A DNA stretch of 24,983 bases from Calditrichia bacterium (lineage in GTDB: Bacteria; Calditrichota; Calditrichia; RBG-13-44-9). The stretch covers positions 1 through 24,983 of the forward strand of contig JARRQT010000112.1 in assembly GCA_037381445.1 (NCBI GenBank). Reading direction: 5' to 3'. Below the pieces are notes generated by a model, which searched no databases, was not told where the DNA came from, and was given only the letters and a program-made list of their open reading frames with translations. Position 1 is the first letter of the stretch, and each line of letters opens with the position of its first letter. Below, piece after piece: positions 17,845-24,983 of the stretch. Position numbers and translations under genes: made by a program.

Positions 17845-20817
17845 CTAACGAATAATGACGAACTTGCCGGTATGTTTTTCGCCGGACGGCGTTTTGACAA
17901 TAAATACATACAGTCCGTAAGCGACATTGATACCGGATTCATTCTGCAGGTTCCAGAATTCATAATCGAACGGGCCCTCGTGTTTCAGGGTAATAACATG
18001 ATCTCCGGCGGTGGTATAAATCTGAATATCGCAGGGGGAGGGAAGATGGGTAAATTGCACGCGGCCTTCGAACTGGCTGCGTTCCCACCCGGCCCGGACG
18101 ATGTAAGGATTGGGCACCACGCTCACCCGGCTGAGATCAGCTTCCCCTGCCGAATAATTGGGGACGGCCGTCTCAAATTCATAAGAAACAGCGCTGCGGA
18201 AGGGCTTACGGGAAATGATTGTGTACTGGTCGCCGTCCGCAGGCGGAAGCTGGCCCGGACGGTTCTGCGTTCTGATATCCACTCCGTTAACCCGGACCGT
18301 ATCACCGGATCCATCCACGAAATAATTACGAAAGCTCAGGGCGTCCGGCCATTTCTCCACATTTGGGTTATATCCCTTCCCGCCCGGTACCAGATCCCAG
18401 CCCATCGGGCCAAAAAACTGGAACCAGCTTTCCGGTTCCGGCAGGCTTAGCCCGTGGAATGCGTAATCGATCAGCCAAGTATTTTCGGTCACATCAACCG
18501 GATGCGAGGGATCGGTGATGAGTTCTACTCTGGAAACGGGAATCATTTCCGGGCCCCAGGTGGCGCCGAATTCGTCGCTCACTTTTACGGGAATTCCCGG
18601 ACCCGATTGATCGAAAGTGATGCGAAAGTCATCCCAGCCGTTCATCCACGGTTTGCCGGTTTCATTCCCGCGGACTTCCCGGTGCCAGTCAAAGGTGCAG
18701 GTATCGCCATGGACCAGCGTCCATCCCATAAATTTCACTTCCGGTTCGATATCTTCGGGGAGTATCCGAAATCCGCGTGTGGCAGGAATATTGTCTCCGC
18801 TCTCGTTCAAAAGCGGGTGGTTGAAGAGCAGTGTATCATTGGTGCTTAAATCAATAAGATTGAATGTGGTTGTGATGGCGGTATCGGCAACTCCCTGATT
18901 ATCCGCGGTGATGACCATTCCCACATCATTGAAAGTGACCCGGTAATGGTGACCGGTTAGCTGCGCGGGATCAAGAATCTGGACTGATAAGCGGGAATCA
19001 CAAATGCCGCTGACGGGTGAAAGCGAGTCCAGGTTTGCGCTGTTTGTCCGATCAATTCCGGAGGCCGGTGCGCCCGGAACAGCGCTGACTACATTGACTT
19101 CATCGGGATTGATTCCCCGGGAACTTTCCAGCGCCGGCACGCCGGTGGCGATATCACCGCGGTCGTATGCGGTGATGGCATACCAGTATTCCACGCCGTT
19201 ATTGACGGTGGAATCAATAAAGGTATGCTTTAGTCCCGAATTGTTGCCCAGGTAAAAATTGGAATTGGGGTCTTTGCCGGAGATGGTATTATCCAGATCA
19301 AACTGGGCAACGGGCACATACCCGATGATATTTCCGTGCTCGTCGGTGATCTGTTTCCCCCAGCTCTGGCCGAAATCTTCACTGCGGTATATTTTATAGC
19401 CTTCAAAATCCATTTTGCCGGTGAGGAGGTCGCGGGAGTTTTCCGCCGTCTGTCCGTCCCAGGTAAGCGTGATGCGCCGGTCGCCGCTGAAAGCCTGCAG
19501 CGCAGGCGGTTTGGGCGCATTGGGACCCAGATAGTAATTCCGGGACATATTCTTGACCATCTGAGCATTGGCGAACATCTCCTGATCGGTGGCACCCATA
19601 ACCACCGCAAAGGCAGAATGAACAGTGTCTCCCGGTGTCAGCGAGGCCGGGCCGCTGGATAAAATATAAACGAAATCTGTTCCCAGCTTCTGCCCGCTGG
19701 GATCCATGTCATCTGCAAGCGCGTCATCATCGATGCGGAAATTATTTCCATGGAAATAGTTGCTGCGGGTGATATGATTTCCGGAAGTGTCGCTGCTCAT
19801 GATTTCCCAGATCTGTTCATTCGTGCTGGGTTCGTAAATATTATCGAAATAGTGAAAATCTGTGATTCCTTTATTTTGCGGCGTGAACAGTGAAAGGAGG
19901 CCGATATACCCTGTAATGTCCCAGATGCCTTCATTTGGGTCCGCATCCCATAAGTAGACCAGGTCCTTCTTCGCACCGGGTTTGTCCTCCAGGGCTTTGA
20001 AACGGATGTGGTCGTGGGCGTCGAAATCGACTTTGAAATCTGTCATGTAGCCAATCCAGACAGAATCCAGCGTCTTGGATGAAGTGTTTATGATTTGGAA
20101 ATCAAAAATGATAAAATTCCGGGCATAACTGCGGCTGAAAGAATAGGCGGTTTGCCTGACCTTGAGGCCATAAGATCCGTTGATATTGTTCTGATCCGTA
20201 TATTCCGAGTAGATATCCCGCTCCGACACAAACTCCCCCGGGACTTGCCGGCCGGTCTGCGGGTCCTGCCGGAATTGTCCCGGCCAAAACGGTTTTCCCT
20301 GGCTGTTCTGCGGCCAGCTTTCCATGTTATCCGATCCGGCAAGCAGGGGAGTGCCATCTGAGGCGGTCAGATTGCCGGAGAACAAATTTCCCAGTGAACC
20401 GTCCTGTGCCTCCCAGTCAAAATTTTCCGCGACCGTATTGGGATCATGAATCGAGGTAATGACGTCGCCTTTCACGCCAACCAGAAGTTCCATTCCGAAA
20501 CAGTACTGGTGGGTGTCATCCGCCCAACTTGGCCAGTGAAAGGCGGGCGAGAAGAGGTGGAAATTGGAGAGAACGCCGAAATTGCCGGTCACATTGGTAA
20601 GTTCGCCACGGTCCAAAATACCGACTCCCCGGTCTCTCTTGCTGAGCGGCTTGTTCAATGCGGCCTGCGGACGGTTTTTGTACCTCTCATAAACCTGTTT
20701 CCCTTCATCCCTGGCTTTAAAAAGGGATTGTGAATTCGCCGTTGAGATCAGGGTCAGGCACATGAATAAAATCAGAAAATCCGGCCGAATTTTACATTTC
20801 ATCAAATGCAATCCCAT
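17845..20817 (-). CDS. Large secreted protein with an FN3-like domain and a variant T9SS-like C-terminal domain (VVPNPY type)
   Basis: Signal peptide ending ANS|Q. FN3-like segment (APKPPAL...ITLTWD...FEGYKIYRS...NGVEYWYAITAYD). C-terminus VVPNPY...QFTHLP...IYTTAG...WNL...YGLYVF...GKFVIIR. Alternative start at 20802. Confidence 0.85.
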   Translation of the reverse strand: MGLHLMKCKIRPDFLILFMCLTLISTANSQSLFKARDEGKQVYERYKNRPQAALNKPLSKRDRGVGILDRGELTNVTGNFGVLSNFHLFSPAFHWPSWADDTHQYCFGMELLVGVKGDVITSIHDPNTVAENFDWEAQDGSLGNLFSGNLTASDGTPLLAGSDNMESWPQNSQGKPFWPGQFRQDPQTGRQVPGEFVSERDIYSEYTDQNNINGSYGLKVRQTAYSFSRSYARNFIIFDFQIINTSSKTLDSVWIGYMTDFKVDFDAHDHIRFKALEDKPGAKKDLVYLWDADPNEGIWDITGYIGLLSLFTPQNKGITDFHYFDNIYEPSTNEQIWEIMSSDTSGNHITRSNYFHGNNFRIDDDALADDMDPSGQKLGTDFVYILSSGPASLTPGDTVHSAFAVVMGATDQEMFANAQMVKNMSRNYYLGPNAPKPPALQAFSGDRRITLTWDGQTAENSRDLLTGKMDFEGYKIYRSEDFGQSWGKQITDEHGNIIGYVPVAQFDLDNTISGKDPNSNFYLGNNSGLKHTFIDSTVNNGVEYWYAITAYDRGDIATGVPALESSRGINPDEVNVVSAVPGAPASGIDRTNSANLDSLSPVSGICDSRLSVQILDPAQLTGHHYRVTFNDVGMVITADNQGVADTAITTTFNLIDLSTNDTLLFNHPLLNESGDNIPATRGFRILPEDIEPEVKFMGWTLVHGDTCTFDWHREVRGNETGKPWMNGWDDFRITFDQSGPGIPVKVSDEFGATWGPEMIPVSRVELITDPSHPVDVTENTWLIDYAFHGLSLPEPESWFQFFGPMGWDLVPGGKGYNPNVEKWPDALSFRNYFVDGSGDTVRVNGVDIRTQNRPGQLPPADGDQYTIISRKPFRSAVSYEFETAVPNYSAGEADLSRVSVVPNPYIVRAGWERSQFEGRVQFTHLPSPCDIQIYTTAGDHVITLKHEGPFDYEFWNLQNESGINVAYGLYVFIVKTPSGEKHTGKFVIIR

Positions 20818-20885
20818 TTATCGTTTCTTATGTTAGTTAAATCCAAAAAATTATACATCAGTATCAGATCATCGGCCTGAACAAA

Positions 20886-23570
20886 TCAGAATGTGACCAG
20901 ACCGCCCAGGCGGATGAGCCGGGGAGGACCGGCATTGCTGGGATCGTGGATGTAATCGGTCCCTGTTGCCAGCAGATCCAGTTTGCCGGTATCCCACAAT
21001 CTGCCGGTAAACGGCTGAACGGTAAGGGCGTTCAGCCTGTCAAACAGGTTAGTAACTTCCATAAAGGCGCCTAACTGAGTGCCCATGGCATTCCATCGTT
21101 TTTCCAGCCGGACATCCACGCTGCCGGTCCAGGGCATCCGTGCCGAGTTGGGTTCGATGAAAAGCGTGGGATCATCGGTGACCGGTGTATACGGATACCC
21201 GGAAGCGTATTGAATGATAAAGTTCATGTTCAGATTTGAGAAGATTGTTTTTTCCCAGCCGGAGGAGTTCTCTCTGATCGGGTAGCTGAAATTGATGGAA
21301 GCGCTGAAGTTATGCCGGCGGTCAAAATCCAGTGGATATTCCTGATGGGTTTCCTCCAGTCCCAGGTAGGCGTTGTAGGATTGCTGGGTGGGAAACGAAC
21401 TGTTGCCGGTAGCCACCGAGTAGGAATAGTTGATGATGGCGTTTAAGAATTGGGGTTTGCGGATATTGAGAGAAAAATCGATTCCCTTCACGCTGCCGTA
21501 ATCAATGTTGGTAAAAATCGAGTAGCGGTAAATCAATTGCTGACGATAAAAATGAGTGCCCAACAGATTTGTCAGATCCTTGTAGAAAGCGGTTGTCTCC
21601 AGCGCGCTGCTTCCCCCCAACTGAAATTTCAGACCCGCTTCATAACTCACCGTTTTTTGGGGATTCACGCCCGGATTTCCTACAATGACAAAAGCTTCTT
21701 TGCTCATATTTTCGGGGTTCTGGTAAAGCAGATTTGTATAAATGTTGGCATAGTCCGGGAACTGAAAAAAGTGCCCGTAGGAAAAATGGAAGACCAGCTG
21801 TTGGGAAATCGGGAAAGCCATTCCTAGTCGGGGACTCAACTGGTAGCGAGCGGAGGTCTTCTGCAAGGGAGAAAGGGGATTGTCGATGAGTTCCCACTGC
21901 CGCGCCCTTACATCCACATAATCCAACCGCAAACCTGCGTTGATGATCAGGTAATCATATTCCATCTTGTCCTGAAGGTAAAGGGCACCTTCCAGGGGAT
22001 TTTTGTCAAAAGCGATGGTGCGATTGGCGCCTCCTTCACTCGGCCACGGCTCCAGACGCTTATATGAGGACAGTTCGTTATACTTGACTTCGAATCCTGT
22101 TTTAAATTCGTGATGAAGGCCTGCCTGGTAATTCAGATCGCCTTTCATTGAATACTGCCGGGAGGAACTGTTCAGATATAAATTATCATTGCCCTGCAGG
22201 TAGAACTCCAGCTCGTTGTCCTTTTCCCCTTTGCGGTATTCGGTGTCGGGATTTTTAAAACGGTTATTTGCCCAATCCCAAACCCCGTATTCACTGCTCT
22301 GGTCGGAAGCCGAAAAATTCAAATTGTAGAATACGTTGGAGGAAAGCGTATGGGTAAGGGTCAGGATGTGTCTGCGCTGCTTCAGTTCGTTCAGTCCCTG
22401 GTTTTCAGGAAGATATTTCCAGGCGTGACTGTAAACCTGGAAAATTTTCTGATTGTAGTTTTCCGTATAATTGATTTTAAACAGGGGTGTTATAAAGTAA
22501 CTGAATTTTGAAAAATAATTTCTGTCCAGATCAAAGCCGTGGGGAAGGTATGAATCCAGATTGGAATATTTGCCGGAAAAGAAAAATGCCAGCTTTGACA
22601 CAAAAGGGAACGGACCGCTGAGAGATCCCTGAAACTGGCCCGGGACTCCGGATAGTGTGGGGAAATTTTGAAAATAATCTGCAGGCGGGTCGTAGAAAAG
22701 GCGCTTTCCGGAAGCGGCGTCGGTTACCGGATTTTTGTCTTCCACCAGTGCATTTTGAGTGCGGAAGGGAGATGAATTTACATAGCCGCTGGTGAATTCA
22801 AGTTTCCCGGTATAATGGGAGGAGGGTTCCTTGGTGACAATGTTTACCACTCCGGACATCACATTGCCATATTCGGCATTGAATGTTCCGCTGATAACCA
22901 CCATTTCATCAATTGCCTCCTCGTCGATGGTCAAGCCGAGATTGCCGCTCATTCTTTGCCGGGTATCGCTGTTTTCTCCCAGTTCACTCCCGAATCCACC
23001 CTGAAGCGGGTCGTCCATGTAAACCCCATCGATGAGATAAGCGATCTCTCCGCTTCTGCCTCCCCGGATGTGGAGCCTGCCCGACGCATCTTTGACCACC
23101 CCGGCCTGTAATGCCAGCAAATCCTTGAAATCCTTTACGGGAAGCTCCGTTATCTGTTTGCTGTCCACATACGCCTGACGGGAAGTGACGTCTTTTCTGA
23201 TGAGGGGACGTTCGGCAACCACCACCACTTCTTCCCCCATGACGGGAGATTCCGAAAGCACAAAATCCTGCTTGGTGGTCAGATCGATGGATACCTGGAC
23301 ATCTCTGCGGATGATTTTCTGGTAACCCAAAAAACTGACTTCCATATCGTATGAACCGGGCGGAATATTCAGAATAAGAAAATTACCATCCAGGTTGGTG
23401 GAGGCACCCAGCCGGGTCCCCGCCAGCACCACGTTGACCCCCGGCAGCGGACTGCCGCTGTTTTTATCGGTAACATTCCCTACTATCTTACCGGTGGTGC
23501 CGGCAAACGAGATGTCCTGATGAATGAACAAAAGCAGGAGCAGACAGAAGAGCAAGGGATATTTTTGCAT
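20886..23570 (-). CDS. TonB-dependent receptor with an N-terminal carboxypeptidase-regulatory-like domain
   Basis: Signal peptide, GTTGKIVGNVTD...LPGVNV, plug motifs HIRGGRSGE..YLIDG and GTFNAEYGNVMSGVVNIVTK, barrel motifs LSPRLG and FSYGHFFQ, and terminal PRLIRLGGLVTF. Confidence 0.94.
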   Translation of the reverse strand: MQKYPLLFCLLLLLFIHQDISFAGTTGKIVGNVTDKNSGSPLPGVNVVLAGTRLGASTNLDGNFLILNIPPGSYDMEVSFLGYQKIIRRDVQVSIDLTTKQDFVLSESPVMGEEVVVVAERPLIRKDVTSRQAYVDSKQITELPVKDFKDLLALQAGVVKDASGRLHIRGGRSGEIAYLIDGVYMDDPLQGGFGSELGENSDTRQRMSGNLGLTIDEEAIDEMVVISGTFNAEYGNVMSGVVNIVTKEPSSHYTGKLEFTSGYVNSSPFRTQNALVEDKNPVTDAASGKRLFYDPPADYFQNFPTLSGVPGQFQGSLSGPFPFVSKLAFFFSGKYSNLDSYLPHGFDLDRNYFSKFSYFITPLFKINYTENYNQKIFQVYSHAWKYLPENQGLNELKQRRHILTLTHTLSSNVFYNLNFSASDQSSEYGVWDWANNRFKNPDTEYRKGEKDNELEFYLQGNDNLYLNSSSRQYSMKGDLNYQAGLHHEFKTGFEVKYNELSSYKRLEPWPSEGGANRTIAFDKNPLEGALYLQDKMEYDYLIINAGLRLDYVDVRARQWELIDNPLSPLQKTSARYQLSPRLGMAFPISQQLVFHFSYGHFFQFPDYANIYTNLLYQNPENMSKEAFVIVGNPGVNPQKTVSYEAGLKFQLGGSSALETTAFYKDLTNLLGTHFYRQQLIYRYSIFTNIDYGSVKGIDFSLNIRKPQFLNAIINYSYSVATGNSSFPTQQSYNAYLGLEETHQEYPLDFDRRHNFSASINFSYPIRENSSGWEKTIFSNLNMNFIIQYASGYPYTPVTDDPTLFIEPNSARMPWTGSVDVRLEKRWNAMGTQLGAFMEVTNLFDRLNALTVQPFTGRLWDTGKLDLLATGTDYIHDPSNAGPPRLIRLGGLVTF

Positions 23571-23720
23571 GTTTGCCTGTCTGTTTTTTGAACTGAATTT
23601 TATGCCTTACTGGTCAGGATAACCGGGCTTCCGGATTATGCCCGCATGCGAAACCGGTTTAAAGAACCGGATTCAAAAATTTCCAAAAACAAGCATTGAA
23701 AGCATCCTGATTCATGCAAT

Positions 23721-23740
23721 TATCAAATCAAAATTTGATA
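23721..23740. promoter_or_regulatory. Palindrome TATCAAAT-CAAA-ATTTGATA, candidate operator of the TBDR cassette
   Basis: Perfect 8-bp inverted repeat 150-170 bp upstream of the TBDR start, in an AT-rich stretch. Confidence 0.45.
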
Positions 23741-23961
23741 TATTAATAGAACAGAAATACAGAAAGAGAGCCAAGCGTCCCGGAAGAAATATAATTTGAA
23801 AGCTAGCTCCTTCAAAAGACTTTTATTGCTTTGATTTAAAACCCAGGTTCAGCAATCGACACGGTCCGACCGCATGCTTTTTCATCGGGGATCCTCACCG
23901 AACCAGTTCAGGGAGAATCCTTATTAGGCAGTCTGGTGACCTATAAAAAACAGTTGAGGCT

Positions 23962-24983
23962 CTATTTCATCAGAATCATTTTCCGGATTTCCTGATAATT
24001 TCTCGAGGATAACCGGTAATAGTAAATTCCTGAAGGCACTTCACGGCCAAATTCATTTGTCCCGTTCCAGACAATTTCATGGTCGCCCATCGGCAGGTCC
24101 CGGCTGATAAGCTGCTTCACTTTTTGTCCAATTGTGTTATAGATGGACAAATTCACACGTTGCGCCTCGGGCAGGGTGAAAGAAATTGTGGTTGTGGGGT
24201 TGAACGGATTGGGATAATTGGGATTTAATTTGAAGCTGCTGGCAACCGGTTTATTTTTTCCGATCCCGGTTGTACTGAGCTGCTCAATTTTTACATTATC
24301 AAAATAGCCGGGGAGAGAGGCGCCCTGCTGAAAGGAAAACAGGCCGAAAGTACCGGGGAAAAAGGGAGTGTGAACTGCGTCACCCACCTGATGGGTGTAA
24401 TCGTAGACTGGCCCGTCGCCCACCATATTGCCGTCGAAGTATACCCAGTAAGCCACCGAATCCGCATTCACCACGCGGACTTCCAGCCTCATTTTATGCC
24501 AGCCGTCGACTTCCGGGATACCCCCGGGAATCTGGCTGGAATAAAATTTGACATCAAAAGAATAGGAGAATGTCTGCATGCTCAATTCACTATTATAAAG
24601 CCTTAATCGTTTGCCCACGCCCATATTTTCATCGAAATCCGCGACGAGTTTCACATATCGGGTATTGATCTCGCCGTTATCATCGCTCGTGTCCGCCATC
24701 AACGCAATTCCGGTATAACGGCTGGTGCTGCCGGTATCGGTATAGCAATAGACATCCGCTTCAATGGCCAGATACTGAAATGAAAAATCGTCGCCGCCAA
24801 CCAGGGCTGCGCCCGTATAACTGGTATCAGCATCCTTGACCAACCCGACATTTCCCTCCCCAAAGGGATTTGAGACTACCTCCAGATTTTCCTCCCATTG
24901 CTGGTCCGTATTCAAATAGAACAGCGGATTCCAGTTTATATTTCCTGAGCCCTCGAAATCGTCCTCATAAATAACCTGTGCTG
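23962..24983 (-). CDS. Secreted beta-sandwich (ConA/LamG-like) protein with a T9SS type A/FlgD-Ig C-terminal domain, 5'-truncated by the window edge
   Basis: Frame stays open to the window end (..AQVIYEDDFEGSGNINWNPLFYLNTDQ). C-terminal domain is NYPNPFNPTTTISF...IYNTIGQKV...WNGTN...SGIYYYRL...KMILMK. Confidence 0.88.
   Translation of the reverse strand, partial: AQVIYEDDFEGSGNINWNPLFYLNTDQQWEENLEVVSNPFGEGNVGLVKDADTSYTGAALVGGDDFSFQYLAIEADVYCYTDTGSTSRYTGIALMADTSDDNGEINTRYVKLVADFDENMGVGKRLRLYNSELSMQTFSYSFDVKFYSSQIPGGIPEVDGWHKMRLEVRVVNADSVAYWVYFDGNMVGDGPVYDYTHQVGDAVHTPFFPGTFGLFSFQQGASLPGYFDNVKIEQLSTTGIGKNKPVASSFKLNPNYPNPFNPTTTISFTLPEAQRVNLSIYNTIGQKVKQLISRDLPMGDHEIVWNGTNEFGREVPSGIYYYRLSSRNYQEIRKMILMK

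Noticed and set aside
23571..23961. Possible cobalamin or TPP riboswitch upstream of the TBDR
   Set aside because: No B12-box or TPP core motifs were found on the minus strand. Only short hairpins (e.g. CCGGTT/AACCGG at 23654-23670) are present.
1..24983. CRISPR arrays, IS elements, tRNA/rRNA or defence genes
   Set aside because: No regularly spaced repeats, transposase or integrase ORFs, or RNA gene signatures were seen. Nearly all of the sequence is explained by the listed CDSs.

Overview
Bacterial window of roughly 50% GC by eye. Gene style suggests an FCB-related lineage such as Calditrichota, Ignavibacteriota or KSB1 (inference). The + strand (1-16651) is an energy-metabolism block with three parts: (1) a heme-copper oxidase operon in the order coxA(partial)-coxC-coxD-coxB(cytochrome c fused)-cyoE; (2) a fused E1 alpha/beta 2-oxoacid dehydrogenase, a frameshifted two-lipoyl E2 and lipA; (3) an alternative complex III-like operon (actA-B-C-D-F, no actE or actG) headed by a polytopic membrane protein that resembles CydA and carries a C-terminal c-heme. 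The - strand (16755-24983) converges on it: a partial secreted protein with a T9SS/FlgD-type C-terminal domain, a TonB-dependent receptor, a 990-aa secreted protein with a variant 'VVPNPY' C-terminal domain, and a PorV/PorQ-family barrel. The best candidates for undescribed biology are the TBDR + VVPNPY protein + PorV cassette and the CydA-like/cytochrome c fusion joined to an ActE-less ACIII whose ActB keeps the FS0 cluster motif. Two apparent internal deletions (E2 and actC) may be assembly artefacts. No mobile elements, CRISPR arrays or RNA genes were recognised. All family calls come from motif recognition by eye, without database searches.
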